From contig OZ242011.1 in NCBI GenBank assembly GCA_965204755.1, positions 1,888,001 through 1,952,000 of the forward strand: a DNA stretch of 64,000 nt, read 5' to 3'. This document shows, one piece after another, positions 9,004 to 18,455 of the stretch. The notes beneath the pieces were generated by a model. That model was not told where the DNA came from and did not search any database. It saw only the letters and a program-made list of their open reading frames with translations. Position 1 is the stretch's first letter. Each line of letters begins with the position of its first letter. The position numbers and the translations under genes are program-made. This DNA is from Candidatus Marinacidobacterium sp. Lineage in GTDB: Bacteria > Acidobacteriota > Vicinamibacteria > Marinacidobacterales > Marinacidobacteraceae.

Positions 9004-10185
9004 ATGATGTCTCCCCGCTCGGCCTCCGCATCGAGGGCCGGCCGCTGGGTCGCGCAGCCGGAGGGCTACCGGGCGTTCGTCCCCAAGCCCCTGCCGCCGG
9101 ACCCGCCGCTTCGGCTCCATGCCCGGCTGCAGACGGCGCTGTCGCGGGCGGACCAGGCGCTTGGCAGGCTTGATGGCTCCATCGAGATCCTGCCGGACCC
9201 GGATCTCTTCCTGCTGACCTACATCCGCCAGGAAGCAGTCCTGTCCAGCCAGATCGAGGGCACCCAGAGTTCCCTCGAGGATCTGCTCGCCGCCGAGGCG
9301 CAAGTGCTCGATCCGGAGCGACCGGACGACGCCCACGAGGTCATCAACTATGTCGCCGCGATGAACGAGGGGCTCAAGGCGATCCGCGAAGAAGAGGTCT
9401 CCGTGGATCTCATCAGGGCCCTCCACCGGCGACTGCTGGAAGGTGGCCGGGGCGCCGAACTCGCGCCGGGGCACTTGCGCGAGAACCAAGTCTGGATCGG
9501 TCCGCCACAGTCAACGATCCGGGAGGCCTCCTTCGTACCACCTCCGCCGAGCGAGGTTCGGCAGGCTCTGGATGCGCTCGAGACCTACCTGCGACAGGAC
9601 CCGACCGACACGCCGGCCTTGGTCCGAATCGGCCTCGCGCACGCCCAGTTCGAAACGATCCACCCGTTTCGCGACGGCAACGGCCGGATCGGCCGCCTGC
9701 TGATCACCCTGCTGCTCTGTCGCGCGCAGATCCTCCAGAAGCCGGTGCTCTACCTGTCGTGGTTCTTCAAGCGGTACCGCTCCCAGTACTACGAACGGCT
9801 TCAGGCGGTCCGCGACGACGGCCAATGGGAAGAATGGGTCGAGTTCTTCCTTCTCGCCGTTGCGGAGATAAGCGAGAGCGCGGTCCAGACCACACGCCGT
9901 ATCCTCTCCCTCCGGGAGCGCCACCGCGCCCTCATCGCCCGCGAACTGGGCAGCACGGCATCGAACGGCCACCGCGTGCTCGAAGGCCTGTTCCGACAGC
10001 CGTTTCTCACCGTGGCTAGCGTCCGCCAGACGATCGAGACGAGTTACCCCGCCGCGAACAACTTGGTGGCGCGCCTCGTGGAGGTCGGAATCCTCACGGA
10101 GCGGACCGGCCGCCGCCGTAACCGCGTCTTCTCGTACGACGCCTACCTGAGAATCTTCGTCGAGGGACCGGGCACCAACGAATAA
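9004..10185 (+). CDS. Fic family protein with N-terminal DUF4172-like and C-terminal HTH domains
   Basis: Canonical HPFRDGNGRIGR motif; EAVLSSQIEGT inhibitory helix; C-terminal TGRRRNRVFSY. Confidence 0.92.
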   Translation: MMSPRSASASRAGRWVAQPEGYRAFVPKPLPPDPPLRLHARLQTALSRADQALGRLDGSIEILPDPDLFLLTYIRQEAVLSSQIEGTQSSLEDLLAAEAQVLDPERPDDAHEVINYVAAMNEGLKAIREEEVSVDLIRALHRRLLEGGRGAELAPGHLRENQVWIGPPQSTIREASFVPPPPSEVRQALDALETYLRQDPTDTPALVRIGLAHAQFETIHPFRDGNGRIGRLLITLLLCRAQILQKPVLYLSWFFKRYRSQYYERLQAVRDDGQWEEWVEFFLLAVAEISESAVQTTRRILSLRERHRALIARELGSTASNGHRVLEGLFRQPFLTVASVRQTIETSYPAANNLVARLVEVGILTERTGRRRNRVFSYDAYLRIFVEGPGTNE

Positions 10186-10232
10186 GCGCCGACACCGTCG
10201 ACGCGCACCTCGCCGGAATCAGCGACCGGCGA

Positions 10233-10805
10233 TCATGCGGATGCCGCCCCGAGCGCCCGACGGATTCGCCGAAGGCCGGTCGCCGCGCCCTGGAAACGCC
10301 TTCGGCGGACCTCGCGAATCCGATACTCCATCTCCGTTCGCGACACATGGAAGATGTCCGCCAACTCCGTCGCCGTCGCGGCGCCGACCACCGGAACGAG
10401 AAGCCGGTCCGGAACGAGGAGATGAGCGGCGAAGCAATTCGCTTCCCGTTCCGAAGGCCCCCGGTCGTCCGTGTGCCGGAACCTCGACAGGAACCGGTAC
10501 TCCTCCGGGTTCTCTTCGTAGAAGCGGCGATGAAGAACCCAGTGGCCGAGTTCGTGGGCGATGGTGAAGCACCGGCGGACGAAGGTGTCCGCCGAGTTGA
10601 CGAGGATTTTCCGCTTCTCGAAGTCGCAGAGCCCGGACACGCGGTCCCGGTTCCGCCCGAAGTCCCCGAGCACGACCTCCACCCCGTTTCGCTCCGCGAT
10701 CTCCACCACCGGAACCGGGGCGGCCCCGTAAACCTCGGAGAGCGCGTCCGCCTCCCGGATGGCGAGCCCCCGGCGCGGCTCCGCGGGCCTCTCGGCGGTC
10801 ATCAT
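10233..10805 (-). CDS. ImmA/IrrE family metallopeptidase (stand-alone)
   Basis: FTIAHELGH and EREANCFAAHLLVP; GAGGAGGG RBS before ATG 10805. Confidence 0.88.
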   Translation of the reverse strand: MMTAERPAEPRRGLAIREADALSEVYGAAPVPVVEIAERNGVEVVLGDFGRNRDRVSGLCDFEKRKILVNSADTFVRRCFTIAHELGHWVLHRRFYEENPEEYRFLSRFRHTDDRGPSEREANCFAAHLLVPDRLLVPVVGAATATELADIFHVSRTEMEYRIREVRRRRFQGAATGLRRIRRALGAASA

Positions 10806-10896
10806 GAGCGAGTCCCTCCTCATCGAACCAATTCTCGACACGCGGCCGCCCGAAAACCAAACGCGCGCTGCCCCGGGCCATTCGGCGCGGGCTCGA

Positions 10897-11892
10897 TCAG
10901 GTTGACGGCGCAACGAGCGCCCGGCGGATCTGCCGGATCCCGTCCGCCCCGACCTGGCAGCAGCCCCCGATCGCCGTAGCCCCGAGAGCCCGCCACTCGG
11001 AAGCCTGCGCCGCGAGGTCGGCAGCCGGCGCCGCCTCCCACTCCTTCGCCTCCGCGTCCCAGCGGCCGCCGCCGTTCGGATAGACCACGATCGGGAGCCC
11101 CGTACCCGCCGCCGCGATGGCGCGGATCAGCGGCGCGATGTGCCCGGGCGCCGCGCAGTTCACCCCCACCGCGACCAACGGCGCCCGCGCGGCGACTTCG
11201 CGCGCGGTCGCCCCGACCGGCGCGCCGTCGCTCAAGTGCGCACCGTCCCGGCAGCAGAACGACATCCACGCCCTCGGCGCCTCCGGCCGCCGCCCGGCCA
11301 TATCACCCAGCAGGTCGGCGACCACCACCGCCTCCCGCGCCGACGGGATCGTCTCCACGGCCAGCAGTTCCGCGCCGGCCGCCCCCGCCTCGTCCGCGAG
11401 CGTCTCCAACCGCCGCCGGTGGAACCGCGCCAGTTCGCCGTCGCCCGCCGAGTAGTCCCCCCGGTACTCGGAGCCGTCGGCGAGGAACGCCCCGTACGGT
11501 CCGACGCTCACCGCCGCCAACGGCCGCCGCCGCCCGGCGGCCTGCTGCGCCGCCCCGACGCGCCCCCAGAACCGGTCCCGCGCCTCCGCCGCCAGCCGAA
11601 CCCCGCGCCGCAGCGCCCGCTCGGCCTCCGCGTCCCCCAACCCCGCCGCGGCGAACCCCTCGAAACTCGCCTGGTAGGTCCCCGCCGTGACCACATCGGC
11701 CCCGGCCTCGAGGAACCGGAGGTGCGCCCGCAACACCGCCTCCGGCCGTTCGAGCAGCACCCGCGCCGTCCACAACGGATCGTCCAGGGAGACGCCCTCC
11801 ACTTCGAGTTCCGTCGAGAGCCCCCCGTCGAGGATCACCGTCCCGTCCCCGAAGGGCCGGCCGCCGGCGGCCCCGGTCGCGCCCCGATTCAT
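10897..11892 (-). CDS. mmuM: Homocysteine S-methyltransferase
   Basis: ILDGGLSTEL, SVGPYGAFLADGSEYRGDY, GVNC, YPNGG and IGGCC. Confidence 0.9.
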   Translation of the reverse strand: MNRGATGAAGGRPFGDGTVILDGGLSTELEVEGVSLDDPLWTARVLLERPEAVLRAHLRFLEAGADVVTAGTYQASFEGFAAAGLGDAEAERALRRGVRLAAEARDRFWGRVGAAQQAAGRRRPLAAVSVGPYGAFLADGSEYRGDYSAGDGELARFHRRRLETLADEAGAAGAELLAVETIPSAREAVVVADLLGDMAGRRPEAPRAWMSFCCRDGAHLSDGAPVGATAREVAARAPLVAVGVNCAAPGHIAPLIRAIAAAGTGLPIVVYPNGGGRWDAEAKEWEAAPAADLAAQASEWRALGATAIGGCCQVGADGIRQIRRALVAPST

Positions 11893-11968
11893 CCCGGACA
11901 GTCTCGCGCCGCCATCCGACCTCCGGAGCCTTCCTCCCGCGCCCGCCAGCCATTCGGTTCGTCGGGAT

Positions 11969-13201
11969 TCAGGGGTTCCGGTCCGGCCGCGCCCACACGG
12001 TGAGGCGCAGTTCCTCGCCGAACAGTTCGTACTCGGGGCGGCGTCCGGCGTAGGCCTCGCCCTCTTCGAGGATCTTGCGCACGCCTTCGCCGCGTGACTC
12101 CACGAAGACCTCGCCCGTGCGTCGGCTGAAGATCTTGGACAGGAAGGACACCAGGCGCTCGTTGCGCGTCGAAGACCGATACGGCATCTCCGCGACGGTG
12201 AGCGAGTTCGGCAGTTTCCCCGGGCTGTAGATTTCGAGCCGATCCGCGAAGAGGAAGAGTCGGATCTTCGATCCGTGGATGGAGTAGTCGCGGTGGGCGA
12301 CGGCGTTGACGATCGCCTCCTCGATGACATCGAGATCGTAGAGCGGTTCGACGCCCTGCGGCCAGCCGGCGGGCCGGTTTCGCCCGTTCTTCGCGAACCT
12401 GGTGACGAAAGCCGCGCCGGCATCGATCTGGTCGGAGACCGGGCCGTCGAGCCTTTCCGAGTGGATCAAGTCGTCCGACGAGAGCCGGACTCCCCCGTAA
12501 CACGCGGCCTCGATGTACGCCGACGGCAGGAACTCGGTCGCCGCCCTTCCGAAGGAAAGCAGTCCGGCGACCGTCGGACGGTCCGCGCCGTCCCGGTCGC
12601 GGCCCGTCACCCGCGTGTTGCGAAGGACATCCAACCACGGAATCGAAGGAGTGCGGCCCAGGAACGCCTCGAGGCGACTCCGATCGAGAGCGGAAACCGG
12701 GGCGGAGAACACCAGTTGTTCGTCGAACCGGTAGTTGTTCTCCCGCTCCCGGAGAAGCCGGGCGAGTTCGGCCGTCGCGAGCGGCCGTTTCGCGGAGCCG
12801 ACCCGCGTGTAGTAGCGCCGGCCGGAAGTCTGGTGCACGAAGACGCTCCGCGGGACTTCTACGACGAGGACATGCCCCTCGCCCCCGTCGGCGTCGGGAA
12901 CGATTTCCTTGCGAATCGCGGGTCGCACGGGAGGAATGCAGTTGTTGCTTGCGATGTTGACCACCCACTGCTCCGCGGTGGCGAGCGATTCCACCGGAAT
13001 GCCTTGGACCTCTCCGGAGTCGGTGACTCCCACGAACACTACGCCGCCGTCCGAGTTGGCGAACGCTACCAGTTCGGCGGCGAAGTCCTCGGCGTCGGGA
13101 TCGGTCACGCTCCGGTTCCCGAACCGCACTTGCGCGAATTCCGTCTGCCCGTCCTCCCCGGCGCGCAGGCGGTACTCGACCCAGTTCCGAAAGTCAGCCA
13201 T
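11969..13201 (-). CDS. AlbA_2 (Schlafen-like) + HATPase_c_4 (RecG C-terminal-like) protein
   Basis: AELVAFANSDGGVVFVGVTD; EAIVNAVAHRDYS, DRLEIYSPG and ESRGEGV. Confidence 0.88.
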   Translation of the reverse strand: MADFRNWVEYRLRAGEDGQTEFAQVRFGNRSVTDPDAEDFAAELVAFANSDGGVVFVGVTDSGEVQGIPVESLATAEQWVVNIASNNCIPPVRPAIRKEIVPDADGGEGHVLVVEVPRSVFVHQTSGRRYYTRVGSAKRPLATAELARLLRERENNYRFDEQLVFSAPVSALDRSRLEAFLGRTPSIPWLDVLRNTRVTGRDRDGADRPTVAGLLSFGRAATEFLPSAYIEAACYGGVRLSSDDLIHSERLDGPVSDQIDAGAAFVTRFAKNGRNRPAGWPQGVEPLYDLDVIEEAIVNAVAHRDYSIHGSKIRLFLFADRLEIYSPGKLPNSLTVAEMPYRSSTRNERLVSFLSKIFSRRTGEVFVESRGEGVRKILEEGEAYAGRRPEYELFGEELRLTVWARPDRNP

Positions 13202-13475
13202 CTTCGTCGCTCATGAGCCGCCGGAGTCCGGTTTCCCTTCGGCGCTCGCCCGGGCAGGAAATCCTCGCCCGGTCGAGTCCGAACGCCTGCGCAGCCATCG
13301 TCGGGAACATCGAGCCCGGTCGGAGTTGAACCCTACCGCCCGAGCCGCGCTTCCCGACGCCGACCGACTTGCCCCGACGCCCCGAAGTCGCCCGGAAGAG
13401 CGCGAAAGTTTCCATCGAGACGCTTACCGCGAACATGATAGGTTTCCTCGCCGGGGCGGTCGAGGACACGGGGCA

Positions 13476-14612
13476 GTGGCGGAGAATCGCGTCGGGGCCA
13501 ATCTCGCCCGCCTCCGGCTCGATCGCGGGCTGACCCTGGAGGCGCTGGCGGACAAGGCCGGGCTGTCCCTGTTCGCCGTGGGGCAGATCGAGCGGGGGTA
13601 TGGGCGCCCCAGGATGAAGACGCTCCTCTGCCTGGCCCGGGCGCTCGGCGCGACGCTCGGTGACCTGACGACCCCGGTCCGCCGGCTCCGGAACGCGAGG
13701 TTCCGGGCGTCCGCCCGGCCCCACGGGCGGGAACAGATCCTCGTCGAGGTCTCGAGGTGGCTGGACGCCTACCGGATGCTGGAGACCGACCTCGGGGAAG
13801 CCCGCGACTTCCGGTTCGAGGCCCTGCGCGCCCGGCGGGGCCGTCGGGATCCGGTTGCCGCAGCCCGGGCGGCGCGGAAGGCCGCCGGTCTCCATCCGGA
13901 AACCCCGATCCCCGGTATGTGCCCACTGCTCGAAGCGAACGGCGTCAAGGTCTTGGTGATGGGCAAGAAGCGGAGGTCCTTCCTCGGCCTGAGCGTCGGG
14001 AGCGAAGATGGCGGCCCGGCCGTCATCGTGAACGCTTGGCAGCGGATCTCGGTCGAACGCTGGATCTTCACGGCGGCCCGCGAACTCGGCCATCTCGTGC
14101 TCCATCCCGACGAATACGACACCGAGCGCACCGAGCACTCGGAGGCGGTGGAGAAGGAGGCTGACGCCTTCGCCGACGAATTCCTCATGCCCGAGTCCGC
14201 CTTCGCCCGCGCCTGGGACGCCACCGCGCCGCAGCCGCTCCTGGCGCGTGTCCTCCGCGTGAAGCGGATCTTCGGCGTCAGTTACCGGTCGGTGCTCCAC
14301 CGGCTGGTCGCAACCGGCCGAGAAGAGAAGACGGTCTGCCGAGACTTCCAAGTCCAGCACCGGACTCGTTTCGGAAAGACGCCGGGAAGAACCGACGAGT
14401 CGGAAGCGCTCGAGAAGAGCGCCTTCGCGTGGGACTGGCTGCGGGTCAGCGAACCGGCCCCCCTCTCGGAACACGACTTCCTGGGCGACCGCCTGCGCTA
14501 CCTCGTCCGGCGCGCCTTGGAGGATGACCACATCTCGATGGGTCGCGCCGCCGAAGTCCTGGGTATGCGTCTCGTAGCGACGCGAGAGTGGATACGGGAG
14601 TGGGCGCGGTAA
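13476..14612 (+). CDS. XRE-family HTH + ImmA/IrrE-like peptidase domain (HEXXH changed to RELGH)
   Basis: N-terminal HTH (GANLARLRLDRGLTLEALA); ERWIFTAARELGHLVLH; EKEADAFADEFLMP. Confidence 0.85.
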   Translation: MAENRVGANLARLRLDRGLTLEALADKAGLSLFAVGQIERGYGRPRMKTLLCLARALGATLGDLTTPVRRLRNARFRASARPHGREQILVEVSRWLDAYRMLETDLGEARDFRFEALRARRGRRDPVAAARAARKAAGLHPETPIPGMCPLLEANGVKVLVMGKKRRSFLGLSVGSEDGGPAVIVNAWQRISVERWIFTAARELGHLVLHPDEYDTERTEHSEAVEKEADAFADEFLMPESAFARAWDATAPQPLLARVLRVKRIFGVSYRSVLHRLVATGREEKTVCRDFQVQHRTRFGKTPGRTDESEALEKSAFAWDWLRVSEPAPLSEHDFLGDRLRYLVRRALEDDHISMGRAAEVLGMRLVATREWIREWAR

Positions 14613-14779
14613 ATGCGCTCGGCGGCGAACGCTGCCTGTTGATGGTGGTGACCAAGTTGCCCCGGCTTCATGGACGGGTTGCAGTTTGGGGTCCGCACCG
14701 CGTCCGGCGGCCGCCGTAACATCAATACGCGAATTTCGTGACATCCTGACGATTCTCGGCAGGTCGCTACGCTCCCGGT

Positions 14780-15919
14780 ATGGAGCGGAGCGAACTCCGG
14801 CGGCGGGTCGCGGTGAACTTGGCCCGACTGCGGGAGGATCGGGCCCTGACGCAGGCCGTGTTGGCGGAGCGCCTGGGATGGTCGCGTGCGCGAGTCGGCA
14901 AGATCGAACGGGGCCTCGTTGACCTGCCCGCCGACCAATTGAATGGTTTGGCCGGCGCGCTGGACACGACCTGGAGCGATCTCTACGACCGCGTGCGGGA
15001 GTTCCGCAGCGCGCGGTTCCGCGCCCGGTCGAGGGTGCGCGGACGCGCGCAGATCCTCGTCGAAGTCTCCCGGTGGCTCGACGACTACCGCCACCTGGAA
15101 ACGGATCTCGACGACACCGTCCCTTTCGCCTTCGAGCCGGCCCGGGCGCATACCGACCCGGCCGAAGCAGCGCGGGCGGCGCGCCGGGCGATCGGGCTCC
15201 GAGAACGCGAACCCATCGCCAACATCTGCGGCCTGCTCGAGAGCGGCGGCGTCAAGGTGCTCCTCCTGGACAGGAAGCGCGACTCGTTCTTCGGCCTCAG
15301 CGTCGGCGAACCGGATGGCGGGCCCGCCATCGTGGTGAACACTCGGGACCGCGCCGCGGTCGAACGATGGATCTTCACCGCCGCCTGCGAACTCGGCCAC
15401 TTGGTGCTGCATCCGGAGGAATACGACCCGGCCGCCACCGACCTCCCCGAAGACGCCGCGCGCGAAGCGGATGACTTCGCCGGACAGTTCCTGATGCCGG
15501 AGGCGGCGTTTGCCGGCGCCTGGGAAGCCACGACCGGCACGCCTCTCTCGCTGCGTGTCCTGACGACGAAGCGCATCTTCCGGGTCGGATACCGGTCCGT
15601 GCTGCGGCGCCTCGTCACGGGAGGCTACGAAGACTCAGGTATCGGGCACCGATTCCACGACGACTACGCGGCCCGGCACGGAGAGGCTCTCTTGCGGGGC
15701 GACGACCCGCAGCGCCTCGACGGCAGCGAGTTCTCCTGGGATTGGAACCGAGCGACGGAGCCCGCTCCCCTCTCGAAACACGACTGCCGGGACGCCCGGT
15801 TCGGGCGCCTCCTTCGACAGGCGGCCGACCGAGGACTGGTCAGCATTCGCTTCGTCGCGAGCGCACTCGACCTCCACTACGAAGACGCGCTCCGCTGGGT
15901 GCGTCGGTCATCGCCGTAG
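14780..15919 (+). CDS. XRE-family HTH + ImmA/IrrE-like peptidase domain, tandem paralogue (HEXXH changed to CELGH)
   Basis: Clear paralogue of the previous gene (QILVEVSRWLD, FFGLSVG, ERWIFTAACELGH); TACGCT 6 nt before ATG. Confidence 0.85.
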   Translation: MERSELRRRVAVNLARLREDRALTQAVLAERLGWSRARVGKIERGLVDLPADQLNGLAGALDTTWSDLYDRVREFRSARFRARSRVRGRAQILVEVSRWLDDYRHLETDLDDTVPFAFEPARAHTDPAEAARAARRAIGLREREPIANICGLLESGGVKVLLLDRKRDSFFGLSVGEPDGGPAIVVNTRDRAAVERWIFTAACELGHLVLHPEEYDPAATDLPEDAAREADDFAGQFLMPEAAFAGAWEATTGTPLSLRVLTTKRIFRVGYRSVLRRLVTGGYEDSGIGHRFHDDYAARHGEALLRGDDPQRLDGSEFSWDWNRATEPAPLSKHDCRDARFGRLLRQAADRGLVSIRFVASALDLHYEDALRWVRRSSP

Positions 15920-16013
15920 CGCGACCGACCATTCGACTCGTTCGGCGGCGAGCGGCGCCTCCGACGCGCGGCCGCCGCCGGCGCGTTACGCTCCTGAGTG
16001 GGGTTACTCGATA

Positions 16014-17291
16014 GTGGAACACATGCACCGATACGAGCGAGCGCAGGTCGTCACCTTGGCGCAGCGACTTCTTCGCGAACCTCCGGAGCGGATCTCCGCG
16101 CTCTTCGGCCCCCGGCAGAGCGGGAAGACCACCATCGTGGACCAGGCGCTCGCGCGGTACCGTCGAGAGACGGCGCGCGAGACGCTCTATCGCGCCGCCG
16201 ACGCCCCCGAAGCCGTGCGGGGCGGAGGCGACACCCGGACTGCCCTCCCCGGTCGGAGGCGGCGGCAACGGCTCGGCGCGGCCTGGATCACCCGGCACTG
16301 GAACGACGCCCGCGCCCGGGCGGAGCGTGGCGGCGGCTGCGTCCTGGTCTTCGACGAGATCCAGGTGATTCCCTGCTGGTCGAGCGTCGTCAAGGGACTC
16401 TGGGACGCCGACCGCGATCTCCGCCGGCGGCCGCAGGTCGTGATCCTCGGCTCGGCGCCGCTGTCCGTCCAGCCCGACCTGGCGGAGAATCTCGCCGGAA
16501 GGTTCGAGCCGCTGTCGGTTCCTTTCTGGTCACTCCGCGAAATGGAAGAGGCCTTCGGTTTCGACCTGCAGCGTTACCTCTACTTCGGCTCGTATCCGGG
16601 CGCGGCGGGCCTCGCCGTCGAGGGACGCGAAGACCAATGGCGCGCGGTCGTCCTCGACAGCTGTCTCCGGCCGATCATCGGGCGGGAAATCGTGGCGCTT
16701 ACCCGCGTCGACGAGCCGGCGCTGATGAAGCATCTGTTCGAGATGGGCGCCCACTACTCGGGCCGGATCGTTTCGTCCAAGGAACTCCTCGGTTACTTCA
16801 ACGACGCGAAGAACGCGACGATGCTCTCCCGGTATCTGGCCCTGCTCGAGGCGGTGGGGTTCGTGGCCGGACTCTCCGGCTATGCGACCGGGTCGCCCGC
16901 GCGCCGGTCGAGCCGGAAGTTGCTCGCCCTGAACCCGGCGGTGCTGACCACGCTTTCCCGATTCGACTTCCGGGACGCTCTCGAAGATCGCGCCTTCTGG
17001 GGTCGAGTCGTCGAGTCAGCGGTCGGCGCGCACCTGTTCCAGACCCGGCGCCCCTCGGACGGGCTCTACTACTGGCGAGTGGGGAACGCCGAAGTGGACT
17101 TCGTCCTGGAACGGGGCACCCACCTGCTCGCGATCGAGGTCGAGTCCGGCGCCCGCGGCGCCCATGTCGGCTTCGCCGCCTTCCGAGCCAAGTATCCCCA
17201 CGCCCGGCGGCTGCTGGTCGGGGACAGCGGCGTCCCGGTCGCCGAGTTCCTTTCGGAGCCGGCCGAGCGTTGGCTGACCGGAAAGCGGTGA
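16014..17291 (+). CDS. AAA_14 ATPase + DUF4143 domain protein
   Basis: GPRQSGKTT, LVFDEIQ, NLAGRF, GRVVESAVG and EVDFV...IEVES. Confidence 0.88.
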   Translation: MEHMHRYERAQVVTLAQRLLREPPERISALFGPRQSGKTTIVDQALARYRRETARETLYRAADAPEAVRGGGDTRTALPGRRRRQRLGAAWITRHWNDARARAERGGGCVLVFDEIQVIPCWSSVVKGLWDADRDLRRRPQVVILGSAPLSVQPDLAENLAGRFEPLSVPFWSLREMEEAFGFDLQRYLYFGSYPGAAGLAVEGREDQWRAVVLDSCLRPIIGREIVALTRVDEPALMKHLFEMGAHYSGRIVSSKELLGYFNDAKNATMLSRYLALLEAVGFVAGLSGYATGSPARRSSRKLLALNPAVLTTLSRFDFRDALEDRAFWGRVVESAVGAHLFQTRRPSDGLYYWRVGNAEVDFVLERGTHLLAIEVESGARGAHVGFAAFRAKYPHARRLLVGDSGVPVAEFLSEPAERWLTGKR

Positions 17292-17322
17292 CCCCGCCCG
17301 GCGCCCCCGCCGGGGAACCGGG

Positions 17323-18444
17323 TCAGGCGCCGAAGATTTCGCGGAAGTAGCGGAGCCAGTTGCCGCCGAGGATTCGGGCGATGTCCGCCTCGGTTACGCC
17401 GCGGCGGTCGAGGGCGTGGGCGACATTGAGGAAACGCTCCGGTTCGTCCAACCCCTCGATGAAGGGAGGCCAGCGGACGCGGTAACTCGGCTTGAAGATC
17501 CGCAGCCTCGGCTCGTACCAATTCTCCCGCGTCGCCCACGAGCGCAACCCCCGGATCGCGTGGTCGGTGGAGATGCCGACATGCTCGATTCCCCCGATCC
17601 GCACTGCGTGGAGGATGTGGTCCACATAGTCGTCCAGCGAAGTGTCCGGGTCGGGGCCGACGAAGTAGCCGAGGCTGGTGATCCCGGTGATGCCGCCCTT
17701 GTCGGACATCGCGCGGATCTGCTCGTCGGTCTTCGCCCTCGGGTGGTCGGGATACAGCGTTTCGCAGAAGGTGTGGGTGAACGACGGCGGCTGCTCGGAA
17801 ACCTCGATGCCGTCCATCGAGGTGCGGCGGCCGCAGTGGGAGAGGTCCACGACGATCCCCAGTTCGTTCATCCGGCCGACGACGGCGACGCCGAAGTCGG
17901 AGAGGCCGCCGTCCACGCGCTCGGTGCAGCCGCTGCCCAGCCGGTTCTGCGAGTTGTAGGTCAACTGGATGCAGCGCGTTCCGAGTTCGTAGAGCGGGTC
18001 GAGGTTCTCGAGTTCGCCTTCCAGCATCGTCGCGTTCTGGAAGCCGAACACCACCGCCATCTTCCCCTCGGCCTTCGCGCGTTCGATGTCCGCGGCGGAG
18101 ACCGCGTGGAGCAACTTGTCCGGGTTCTCCCGGATTCGTGCATGCCATTCGGCGAGTCCCCGGGCCGCAACCTGGAAAGTCGTGCTGGGGATGGTGGTCT
18201 GGATGCCGGTGTAACCGGAACGGCGCACGGCCTCGTATTCCTCGTCGTCCCAGCGGTAGCCCACCGCGAGCGCGTCCACGACCACCGAGCGGCGGTAGAG
18301 GTCGTCGATCTCCGGTTTGCGCGGAGGGCCGGCGGGGGTCTGCTGACGCGGTCGCCCCGAAGGGAACGCGAACGCGGCGGGAGCGGCGAGAACCGGAAGG
18401 GCGCCGAGGAATCGGCGGCGCGGAATCGAGGAAGATCGAAGCAT
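17323..18444 (-). CDS. Membrane dipeptidase (M19 family), Tat-exported
   Basis: RRRFL Tat motif; IQLTYN, GLSDFG, MNELGIVVDLSH, HPRAKTDEQIRA and GGNWLR. Confidence 0.9.
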   Translation of the reverse strand: MLRSSSIPRRRFLGALPVLAAPAAFAFPSGRPRQQTPAGPPRKPEIDDLYRRSVVVDALAVGYRWDDEEYEAVRRSGYTGIQTTIPSTTFQVAARGLAEWHARIRENPDKLLHAVSAADIERAKAEGKMAVVFGFQNATMLEGELENLDPLYELGTRCIQLTYNSQNRLGSGCTERVDGGLSDFGVAVVGRMNELGIVVDLSHCGRRTSMDGIEVSEQPPSFTHTFCETLYPDHPRAKTDEQIRAMSDKGGITGITSLGYFVGPDPDTSLDDYVDHILHAVRIGGIEHVGISTDHAIRGLRSWATRENWYEPRLRIFKPSYRVRWPPFIEGLDEPERFLNVAHALDRRGVTEADIARILGGNWLRYFREIFGA

Positions 18445-18455
18445 CGAACGAACGC

